From an uncultured Phycisphaerales bacterium (GTDB lineage: Bacteria; Planctomycetota; Phycisphaerae; WQYP01): a stretch of DNA of 64,000 nucleotides. The stretch lies in assembly GCA_903845195.1 (NCBI GenBank), contig CAIMWO010000077.1, forward strand, positions 8,230-72,229, read 5' to 3'. The notes beneath the pieces were generated by a model. That model ran no database searches. It was not told where the DNA came from and saw only the letters and a program-made list of their open reading frames with translations. The position numbers and the translations under genes were made by a program. Below are positions 18,553-30,993 of the stretch, piece after piece (position 1 is the stretch's first letter; every line of letters begins with the position of its first letter).

Positions 18553-18576
18553 CAATTTTCAATTTACAATTTTCAA
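18553..18576. repeat. Heptamer array CAATTTT/CAATTTA x3.4
   Basis: caatttt caattta caatttt caa, immediately after the HD-GYP gene stop. Confidence 0.6.
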
Positions 18577-18694
18577 GGACGGATTGACGACGTGGACGGT
18601 CCACAAATGGGCACAAATTTGCACGAATGATGAGGGGGAAATGGGGCGACGTTGAGGATGCGAGAGGCAAGATGCGTGGACGCGGGGCGGCACA

Positions 18695-18926
18695 GACCGG
18701 AAGTGGGCTTCCGGTTTGTGGGGCGTGGGCGGATTGGATTAATAAACAGGAAGTGGGCTTCCGGTTTGGGTTTTTGGGGGTGAAAACGGGGGTGGGAGGG
18801 GATGAAAAGTGGGTGGTGGGCATGTTTTTGGGGTGAGACCGGAAGCAGGCTTCCGGTTTGTTGGTGAGTAACCGGAAGTTGGCTTCCGGTCTATGAGGGG
18901 CAAAGCGGAAGCGGGCTTCCGGTTTG
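18695..18926. repeat. Array of five REP-like palindromes (A)CCGGAAG-N3/4-GCTTCCGG(TTTG) in a G-tract-rich non-coding region
   Basis: Copies at 18695-18717, 18746-18767 (variant caggaag), 18838-18859, 18871-18890 and 18904-18926. Each is a 7-8 bp perfect stem with a 3-4 nt loop. Most are followed by TTTG. Confidence 0.8.
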
Positions 18927-19299
18927 TTCGAGAATGAATGGGGGCGGTGCATGGGGGCTCCTGTCAGGGGTCAGTGGGCAGCGGGCGCGCGGTGCGAGCT
19001 TCTATATAAGGGGTGGAAGACCATGTTTGTGCGCACAGGCGTTTGGGGCATGGACGGTAGGTGTTGAGGTGCGCGGGAGTTAGCGGCGGAATTATTTTCT
19101 GCTTGGGGCGTATGGGGGGTGATAGGTGTGCGCACGCATGTGAGAGCGTTTCGTGCCATCGCCACCGGCGGGACAACCACAAGCCACAGATAGCGGAGAA
19201 CGCACAGAGGATTGGAGCGAGAAGAAACGAATGGAGGCGGTCGAGGGCGTGCGAATGAACGTGGATAGAGATGGCTTGGACATTTTGGCGTAGCTCTTG

Positions 19300-19346
19300 C
19301 GCAAATTAACAATATGTATATCTAAAATATCCAGAATTAATTTGCG
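19300..19346. promoter_or_regulatory. Perfect 10-bp inverted repeat CGCAAATTAA-N27-TTAATTTGCG in an AT-rich stretch (operator-like or hairpin)
   Basis: Arms at 19300-19309 and 19337-19346, read directly. The surrounding 19310-19375 is strongly AT-rich with TATATCT and TATATACT elements. Confidence 0.45.
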
Positions 19347-19852
19347 TGTGCAGGAAATACGTATATACTCTATGGAAATTCCTTGCGACCGCTCTATGGG
19401 GCGCAACGATTTATGCGATGCGTGTGGGCATCAGCAAACATCAGTAAAAATTGAATACGGATAGTAACCGCGGGAGAGAACTTGGGTGCCGATATCGGCG
19501 GCCGGTTTTTTTGCGCGGTGTTCGTTTTTGCCTCGGTTCTGTGTGGGGCGTTTCGTACAGGGATGAAATGCTAGAGCAGGACCGGTCGGGCTGAGGGGTT
19601 TGTTTCAGAGAGAGTGATGTGTTTTCGGAAATCCGGGTGCAACACCCCGCGGTTGGGGTGCGCTCGGAGTGCGGCCGGGCAGCGTTTTGAATAACGCGTC
19701 AAGCCGGAACGGAGGAGGTGCGCGCTGCCAGCAACGTGTGGGCAGCGCGGCGTAGGGGCGAAGCACGCGAGAGAGAGGCGAGAGGAATGAGTGGACTGAG
19801 AGCCGCGCGACGTGGGTCGCGGGTTAGGAGCATTTCATGTTGGGAGTTCTTC

Positions 19853-20635
19853 ATGTCCACGCCGAAGGTTCATTTGTGGATAGCAGTTGCGACAGTGATG
19901 GCGGCAGGCGCTACGATGGCCAGAGCCGACAGTGTGACACTGGTTGACCAGTTTCGATTTGTCCGCGTCGACGCCTACGCAGGCGCAGGCGGATACGGCA
20001 CCGCGAACTTTAATGAACAGTATCTGGTTAATACCAACTCAGCCTATAACTATGGGGTGTTCGACCACAGCGTCTCATCAACCGCGTCGGCTACTAGTGT
20101 CGATTCGCTAAGTAGCGGGAGCACGACTGCCACTACATCGATGTACAGCACGATCGTGACCGGCCCTACCAGCGCTGAGATCGATATGACCGCCAGCACG
20201 GATCTCTCAGGAACGGGCACAGGAGATGTGATTCATAGCCGCACCCTACCAAATCCGAACCAGAACCGCTCATCTTCGTTTGCCAATTACTGGGTCACGT
20301 TCTCCATCACTCAAGCCCATTCTTACGTACTTACCATTGCCGACTTCGCCAACAACATCGACCAGGCTGGACTGTTCGACTGGACCGGCGGTTCCTATCA
20401 AGGGACGATCGTATCGCATAGCAACGGCATTTTTACCGGCACCCTCCAAGCGGGCACCTACCGAGTGACGGGTTTGTCGCATATTGAATATCCAATTTCG
20501 ACCTTGCCCTCGTCAGATGCCTTAACCGTGAACCTTTCGCTAACAGCACTTGACAACTCTCCCGTACCCGAGCCGGCTTCGCTGGCATTGTTGGGCGTGG
20601 GGGCGGTGGGACTGATGGCGCGGCGGCGGCAGTGA
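19853..20635 (+). CDS. PEP-CTERM domain secreted protein (exosortase substrate)
   Basis: Signal peptide MSTPKVHLWIAVATVMAAGATMARA from ATG 19853 (the track ORF extends further upstream in the same frame). C-terminal VPEPASLALLGVGAVGLMARRRQ. Confidence 0.8.
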   Translation: MSTPKVHLWIAVATVMAAGATMARADSVTLVDQFRFVRVDAYAGAGGYGTANFNEQYLVNTNSAYNYGVFDHSVSSTASATSVDSLSSGSTTATTSMYSTIVTGPTSAEIDMTASTDLSGTGTGDVIHSRTLPNPNQNRSSSFANYWVTFSITQAHSYVLTIADFANNIDQAGLFDWTGGSYQGTIVSHSNGIFTGTLQAGTYRVTGLSHIEYPISTLPSSDALTVNLSLTALDNSPVPEPASLALLGVGAVGLMARRRQ

Positions 20636-20714
20636 GGTGTTAACGGTGGCTGAGGTCAGAGAGAGTCACGCGGCGTGTGCTGCGGGAGAATAGAGGCCCC
20701 AAGGGGATATTGTC

Positions 20715-23183
20715 ATGAATACATCCAAGAACCGTACGTCGAGTTTACGGGGAAAATTGCAGCACCCAGTTTCTCATCACTCAGAGCCAGGAGATTCCGC
20801 AACCATTACGCAGTCGCGTCGTGTGGCACTGGCCACGGCGATCGCTTCGCTATCGTTCGCTTGGGCGGCCCCGGCCTTTGCCGTTGATCGCATTGTCCAA
20901 ACGAATTGGAGTTACTGGAATACCTCTTCCAATTGGCTCCTGAACGCAGTTCCGAACAGCAACGACAATGCCTTCGTGATCGGCAATAGAGGCGTCTACA
21001 TCAACCAAGCGGAACCAAATGTCAACGCCATTTACGTCGGCCAAGGTTTGACTGCCGGCCAGAACACGGGCGTTGTCGAAAGTGATGTCGGGGGCTCCAT
21101 CAACACTAACTATATTTTTCTCTCGCGTGATTCGTCGAATGACGGCACGTGGAACAACAACGGCGGCACGGTCACCGTCAATAGCCTGCTCGAAATCGGC
21201 AACCCCAATAACGGCGGTGGCGCCGGCATCTTCAATATGAACAGCGGAACCGTAAATGTGGTCGGCGACACCACCGTTGGTAATGAAAGCACGAACTGCC
21301 AGCTCATCTACAGCGGCGGAACCTTTCATACGGGAACGCTGAAGGTAGGAGTTGGATCCTTATCATCCGGTGTCGTACAGTCGTCATCCCTCTTGGTAAG
21401 TAATAACCTTTCGGGCGCTCCCTTCGGTGCAAATTCCTTCTCGCAAGGCAACGGGATAACGACGATTTCCGGCACCACTACAGTTGTGAATGGCTCCACG
21501 CTTTCGCTGGCTGGCGGCATCTTCAATACCGGTTCGCTCGATATGTCCGGTCACACGGAAAACTTCCACTGGACTGGCGGGGCACTCAATCTCACCAATT
21601 CGAACCTTACCATCGGTACGGGCGGAGCCATCGGCACCAGCATCCACGGATTTCTCGCTGTCTCCGGCCAGGGCAAAACCCTCACCGTCGATACCGGCGG
21701 ATCGCTGAGCGGTGGTGCGCTGATTCTGAACACATTTACCGGTAACGTGTCCGACTACGCCCACAATTCCATCGTTGCACGCTCATTCGTGCAGAATGCT
21801 GGCCTCACCTTCGCTTCGTATACCAACATTTCTGCCGCTGCCACTCTCACATTGAACGGTGGAACATTTCGCACCGGTCTTCTGTCCGGTACGCTCGCAA
21901 ACTTCCACTGGAACGGCGGCACCCTCGAACTCCTCGATGCAGGCTTGGTCAACTATACGGGCGCCAGTATCGGAACGGGCGGAGACCTCGGTCCCAGTCT
22001 CGCCACTTCCGCCACCAAAAAGCTGCGTGTTACCGGCACAGGCAAGACCTTGAAGATTCTCAGCGGTGGTACGTTGTCGGCGGGAAGCTTGATTGTCGGA
22101 GACCCCGGACCTTACGGCAGTACCAATGCTGAGGTTTTCGCGCAGGGCTTCACGCAGAACGGCGGCACCACCACCATAAACGGTGCCACGACGATCAACA
22201 CTGGAGCGACGCTAAGCCTCTCCGGCGGGAGGATCAAGACAAATTCTCTTTCCGAGGCGGGCAACTTCAATTGGACAGGCGGAACGCTCGAACTCAATGG
22301 CGGCGTTTTGAGCACGCAGTACTCTTCTTTTTCTGTTGATGCCAACTGTATTCTCGCGGGTTACGGCACCATTATGAACGACACCGTGGTCCATGGTACG
22401 CTCCAACTTACGCCACACCACTTGCTCTCCATTTCCATCGATCCCTACACATTCACAGCGCTGACGCTATCCGGCGCGACGTTGCAGCTTGCCCCGGCGT
22501 TGACAGCTACTGATTTTGCCCAAGCGGGCAATACGCATATCCTGAAGGCATCGCACATTTACGGAACGTTCGCCAATCAGCGCGTTGTCTCTGCCGATGG
22601 CCATCAATCGTGGGGCATTCAGTACAGTGCGACCGATGTGTGGCTTTCAGGGTATATGATTGATTCGGCGCCCATCACGGTAGCAACCAGTAACGTGCCG
22701 CAGGCCACTGACCTGTTGGGTGGTTCCACGAGCGTCGGTGGCGTAACCACGAGTTTCAACCAAGTTGCCACCAGCGGGGCGATGACCGCCAGCTATCAGA
22801 CATTAAGCGCGTCCGAATTAGCCGCCCAGACCGGTACCGCCAATTTCTCGCTCCCTGGAGGCACCGCGCAACTTTGGGATTTGCACTTTAATGGCAGCTT
22901 CACTGGTACGACCCGCGTTACCTTCCATTACGACCCTTCGCTGTTGGGCGGCCTCGCTGAAACCTCGCTGCAGCTCTACCATTTCACTGGCGGCCAATGG
23001 GTGCTGCTGGATAATCAGGTTGTAGATACGGTCAATGATTTGATCAGCGCCGACACGCCCAGTTTCTCACCATTCGAGCTTGGGGGCCCGCTCTCATCAG
23101 TTCCCGAACCGACGTCTCTGACGCTGCTGGGGGTGGGGGCGGTGGGGCTGACGATGCGGCAGCGGCGGCGAAACGCAGAATAG
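20715..23183 (+). CDS. Large PEP-CTERM protein with repetitive beta-helix/autotransporter-like repeats
   Basis: Repeated FHWTGG / FHWNGGTLEL / FNWTGGTLELNGG units; Gly/Thr/Ser/Asn-rich. C-terminal VPEPTSLTLLGVGAVGLTMRQRRR. Confidence 0.8.
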   Translation: MNTSKNRTSSLRGKLQHPVSHHSEPGDSATITQSRRVALATAIASLSFAWAAPAFAVDRIVQTNWSYWNTSSNWLLNAVPNSNDNAFVIGNRGVYINQAEPNVNAIYVGQGLTAGQNTGVVESDVGGSINTNYIFLSRDSSNDGTWNNNGGTVTVNSLLEIGNPNNGGGAGIFNMNSGTVNVVGDTTVGNESTNCQLIYSGGTFHTGTLKVGVGSLSSGVVQSSSLLVSNNLSGAPFGANSFSQGNGITTISGTTTVVNGSTLSLAGGIFNTGSLDMSGHTENFHWTGGALNLTNSNLTIGTGGAIGTSIHGFLAVSGQGKTLTVDTGGSLSGGALILNTFTGNVSDYAHNSIVARSFVQNAGLTFASYTNISAAATLTLNGGTFRTGLLSGTLANFHWNGGTLELLDAGLVNYTGASIGTGGDLGPSLATSATKKLRVTGTGKTLKILSGGTLSAGSLIVGDPGPYGSTNAEVFAQGFTQNGGTTTINGATTINTGATLSLSGGRIKTNSLSEAGNFNWTGGTLELNGGVLSTQYSSFSVDANCILAGYGTIMNDTVVHGTLQLTPHHLLSISIDPYTFTALTLSGATLQLAPALTATDFAQAGNTHILKASHIYGTFANQRVVSADGHQSWGIQYSATDVWLSGYMIDSAPITVATSNVPQATDLLGGSTSVGGVTTSFNQVATSGAMTASYQTLSASELAAQTGTANFSLPGGTAQLWDLHFNGSFTGTTRVTFHYDPSLLGGLAETSLQLYHFTGGQWVLLDNQVVDTVNDLISADTPSFSPFELGGPLSSVPEPTSLTLLGVGAVGLTMRQRRRNAE

Positions 23184-23264
23184 TGTTGATAGATGTCGAT
23201 GTCTTGGGTATTTTGGTCTTGTGTGGGCTAATGACAAATAAATTCTAATAGGGAAAGGGATGAC

Positions 23265-23966
23265 ATGAGCGCACGAAAAGTGGCCGTGGGAGTTGTGGCG
23301 CTGGCGACGGCGTGGGGAGCTGCCGGTGAAGAAGCGACGGCGGCCCCAGAGGCGACGATTCACATCTCCGTTACGCCGGAACAGCAACTTACCAATCTGA
23401 AGTTACTGGTAAGTAATCTCAACGGTTCGCCTGCATTGGACTGGTTTTCGGTGGCCGATACGGTGCCCGGACAGGTGACGAGCACGTTCGATGTGCCGGT
23501 AGATACCTCTGGATTCGTATCATTTACAGATCCCGTCATCTATTCGCTGGTAGGTCTCTACGGTAACGCGCCAACGAGCGCCAATGTTGCCGTGCTGGTG
23601 GCCAATCCGGGTGACATTGTTGGTCTGCATGACTGGGCCGGCACGTTCGTTGATGCATTCGCACCGACGGAGGCCGAGGTTGGCAACGCCCTCATCAACA
23701 ATCTTCCGTCGTTCTTCTCCACGCCGTACGATTTGATGTTCAACCTGAATGGCAGTGACTATGTCACCAGTAACGCGATAGGACCAACGCTGGGCCTTGG
23801 GCATTCGGCAGACGCGGGCACGTTCGTCTACTTCAGCAACGGCGTTTACGGAGGGACGGCGTCGGCGTTTATTGTCAGTGACATTCCGGAGCCTGCCAGC
23901 CTGGCGCTGCTGGCGTTCGGCGGGCTGGCGCTGGCGTCACGTCGTCGGCCAAGGAAAGGCGCGTAG
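23265..23966 (+). CDS. PEP-CTERM domain secreted protein
   Basis: N-terminal signal peptide; C-terminal IPEPASLALLAFGGLALASRRRP. Confidence 0.8.
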   Translation: MSARKVAVGVVALATAWGAAGEEATAAPEATIHISVTPEQQLTNLKLLVSNLNGSPALDWFSVADTVPGQVTSTFDVPVDTSGFVSFTDPVIYSLVGLYGNAPTSANVAVLVANPGDIVGLHDWAGTFVDAFAPTEAEVGNALINNLPSFFSTPYDLMFNLNGSDYVTSNAIGPTLGLGHSADAGTFVYFSNGVYGGTASAFIVSDIPEPASLALLAFGGLALASRRRPRKGA

Positions 23967-23996
23967 TTCGACTGAGCTGGAGCGCAAGTGGCAGGA

Positions 23997-25121
23997 ATGC
24001 TGAGTGCGATCATCCTTGCCCGTGATGAAGCGGCGAATATTGCCGGAGCGATAGATTCGGTCCGTGAGGTCGTGGACGAGGTCGTCGTTGGGGACACGGG
24101 GTCGACGGACGACACGGTCATTATTGCACGCGAGCATGGGGCGCGTGTGGTATCAATCCCGTGGCGGTCACGGTTTGATGAGGCGTTGAATACGCTGACC
24201 GATGCATCGTCCGGGGATACTGTGTTTCGGCTGGACGCTGATGAGCGGCTTGTCCCGGAGGCTGCGAAAGCACTCCGAAGGCACGCGAACACGGCATCAC
24301 TGGTAGCCGGTGCGGTGGTTCGTCGGGACATTTTCGACTCGGCACGTCCAGAAGAAAGCACCGAGATGTGGCAAGTACGTCTGTACCGCCGCGTCCATGG
24401 GTTGCGTTGGCACGGACGACTGCATGCCGACTTGGTGACACCGACGGGAACGTCTCCCCTGGTGACGCGTTGTGAGGATGTTGCGCTGCTCCACTTCGGA
24501 TTGGCACGCGACCTGGCTGGGGGGAAACTGCGGCGCAATGTGGAGCTACTCTGGGCCGCCGTCGGGGATGAGCCGAGCGATCTAAACCATCTTGTCGAAC
24601 TTGGCCGAACACTCTTCGTACTCAAGGATCCGGCCGCGGAAGAAGTGTTGTGTCGAGCGGCACGGATTGTTAATGGCCGCGCAGAGAGTCTGCACCCCCC
24701 CGCAACGATTGTATGTACGTTGCTGGAATTCGTGTTGACGTTACCGAATCATCCGGCCGCGCGAGAACTGCTTCCGGAGCGCGCGGAGAAGCTTGCCATC
24801 CGGTGGTTCGCAGACTATCCGCCGTTGGTGTGGCTTCGGGCGCAGCGGAGGTACCAAGCCGGCGATGTTGAGGGATCGCTGACGTTGCTTGAACACGTGC
24901 GGCAGCTGGCGCGGACGTGTGGGTATGACCGTGCCAATAGTTTTGACCCGCGTATCCTTGGGGTGGATCTGGCAATCAACTTGGCCGCGTGTTACGCCGC
25001 GCTGGGTCGTGTAGATGAAGCATCGGCAGCACTGACTCCGTTTGTCGATGATCCTGTCCGCAGAGATACGGTGCGAAGGAGCCTTGCGGCGTTGACGAAG
25101 GCTGCCGGAGGAGTCGGGTAG
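23997..25121 (+). CDS. Family 2 glycosyltransferase with a C-terminal helical (TPR-like) region
   Basis: GT2 N-terminus MLSAIILARDEAANI...VVGDTGSTDDT...RLDADE (DxD). The track start is a GTG at 23988; the ATG is at 23997. Confidence 0.7.
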   Translation: MLSAIILARDEAANIAGAIDSVREVVDEVVVGDTGSTDDTVIIAREHGARVVSIPWRSRFDEALNTLTDASSGDTVFRLDADERLVPEAAKALRRHANTASLVAGAVVRRDIFDSARPEESTEMWQVRLYRRVHGLRWHGRLHADLVTPTGTSPLVTRCEDVALLHFGLARDLAGGKLRRNVELLWAAVGDEPSDLNHLVELGRTLFVLKDPAAEEVLCRAARIVNGRAESLHPPATIVCTLLEFVLTLPNHPAARELLPERAEKLAIRWFADYPPLVWLRAQRRYQAGDVEGSLTLLEHVRQLARTCGYDRANSFDPRILGVDLAINLAACYAALGRVDEASAALTPFVDDPVRRDTVRRSLAALTKAAGGVG

Positions 25122-25271
25122 GATCGAAGGGTACCGACTACGCAGGGACTATTTCGGGAAGCTCGCCCGCCCTCAGGCCCGTGGCGTGCGCTGCGCTACT
25201 GCGACCTAAGCCATGGCGCGCGTCATTTCATCTGTGATAGAGCACCAGGGGGGAGGAATGCGGGGTTGGGT

Positions 25272-26324
25272 TTAGAGGTGTTCGAGGGTGGAGTCGACGT
25301 GGTCCTGGATCCAGGAGGATTTGCGACGGGCCATTTCGAGCCAGGGGATGTAGGGGTCGAGTTCGCTGATGTTGCGGGCGCGTTGGGCGGCCAGGACCGG
25401 TTCGGTGATGATGGCTTCGATCATGAGATGGGGGACGGATTCGAGTTCGGCGGAGCTGAGGATGTTGACGGAGTCGTAGCCGGCGATGAAGGCCTGGAAG
25501 AGGGGGACATTGATTTCGGCGGGCCAGAGGGCGGGGTCGGTGCCTTTTTCAAAGAAGGTGCAGAACTGGACGGCGGCGTTGGCGACGTCGACGGCGCGGA
25601 CCTGGATGCGGGCGGAGTCGAAATCGATGACGCCGACGACGAGCTGATCGATAAAGAGGACGTTGGAGGGGTGCCAATCGGAATGGGTGATTTGCGGGGG
25701 CCAGCCGGGGAGGCCCAGGCGATTGGCCTGTTGGCAGGCTTCATTGTAGGCGACGCGGAGTGCGCCGAAGGTAGCGCGGAGTTCATCCAGATAGGAGACG
25801 GGAATGCCGTCATCACCCCCCTGCTTGATGACCTTGAGGCGGGATTCCAGGATGCGTTGGACGTCGGCGTTGTCGTGGATGCAGCCAGATGGCGGCTGGA
25901 AGGCGGCCTTGTAGCGTTCGAGGAGTTTGTGATAGAGGGCGAGTACGCGGCCGGCATCGTGGGCGGCAGTGGGAGAGCGATCGTAGGGAGCTGCGGGGAG
26001 ATATTCGAAGACTTCGTAGACGGCGCCGTGGAGTTGGAGGATGGTGTTGTTGCCGGCGCGGGTGCCTTGGAGGTGCGGGAGGGGGAACTGGCGGTCGCGG
26101 AGGTAGACCTGGAGTTCGTGGGCGAAGGCGACTTTGAGGGGTTCATCGCGGCCGGGGGCGCGGCGTTTGAGGAGGAATTCTCCACGGTCGGTTTCGATGA
26201 TGGCTTTGGGAGAATAGGGGGAGCCGGCGCGGAATTTTTTGACGGCGGAAACGTTGCCGAGGTCGTAGGCGTCGAGGACGGCTTCGACTTCCCTGGGGAG
26301 GAAGCTGGTGGGTTGTAGTTCCAT
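25272..26324 (-). CDS. Protein-kinase-like phosphotransferase (APH/ChoK/HSK-II family, PF01636-type)
   Basis: HSDWHPSNVLF (HxDxxxxN catalytic loop) and VIDFDSA (DFD/DFG-like), plus Brenner-type motif spacing. Confidence 0.7.
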   Translation of the reverse strand: MELQPTSFLPREVEAVLDAYDLGNVSAVKKFRAGSPYSPKAIIETDRGEFLLKRRAPGRDEPLKVAFAHELQVYLRDRQFPLPHLQGTRAGNNTILQLHGAVYEVFEYLPAAPYDRSPTAAHDAGRVLALYHKLLERYKAAFQPPSGCIHDNADVQRILESRLKVIKQGGDDGIPVSYLDELRATFGALRVAYNEACQQANRLGLPGWPPQITHSDWHPSNVLFIDQLVVGVIDFDSARIQVRAVDVANAAVQFCTFFEKGTDPALWPAEINVPLFQAFIAGYDSVNILSSAELESVPHLMIEAIITEPVLAAQRARNISELDPYIPWLEMARRKSSWIQDHVDSTLEHL

Positions 26325-26422
26325 GATGATGTCCTGCGAGTAACGAAAGAGTCATTTTGGGGGGGAAGCGGGGGAAAGTCCATCGCACGGTTGCGATTGT
26401 TTGCGAGGGGGCGAAAAGCTAC

Positions 26423-26456
26423 CACAGAGACGCAGAAGCACAGAGGACGCACAGAG
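26423..26456. repeat. CACAGAG heptamer x3 with 16- and 11-nt spacing
   Basis: cacagagacgcagaagcacagaggacgcacagagg, read directly in the intergenic region downstream of rpoC. Confidence 0.5.
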
Positions 26457-26488
26457 GGATGGCGGGGTGAGAAGGAGGATCCGCGCAA

Positions 26489-26522
26489 GAAAAAGGGCGG
26501 GTATCTTGCGATATCCGCCCTT
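26489..26522 (-). terminator. Rho-independent terminator for rpoC (minus strand), potentially bidirectional
   Basis: On the minus strand: aagggcggatatcgcaagatacccgccctt followed by ttttt. A 13-bp stem with a 4-nt loop. Confidence 0.7.
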
Positions 26523-26548
26523 GGGTTCTGCTAATAATTTGCGGCCGA

Positions 26549-30916
<4,368 letters not shown>

Positions 30917-30993
30917 TTGCCAGACACTCCGAAAGAGTGATCAATCTTCAAAAAAACCAGCTACCGACCTTCAGGTTCCTCGGTGCCGACGCG

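Noticed and set aside
18695-18926. The palindrome array considered as a CRISPR array
   Set aside because: The repeats are short palindromes with irregular spacing (33-92 nt) and no uniform spacer structure, and no cas genes are nearby. It looks REP-like, not CRISPR.
15353-18952. 1199-aa ORF on the minus strand spanning cysC, PHP, cysH and the HD-GYP genes
   Set aside because: It is antisense to four well-supported genes. Its translation is Arg/His/Pro-rich low-complexity sequence typical of GC-rich reverse-frame artefacts.
25266-26488. Overlapping ORFs 25266-26318 (+) and 25421-26488 (-) with Gly/Glu-rich or Ser/Pro/Thr-rich translations
   Set aside because: They are alternative frames of the phosphotransferase gene region with low-complexity translations. 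The kinase-motif frame (25272-26324, -) is the real one.
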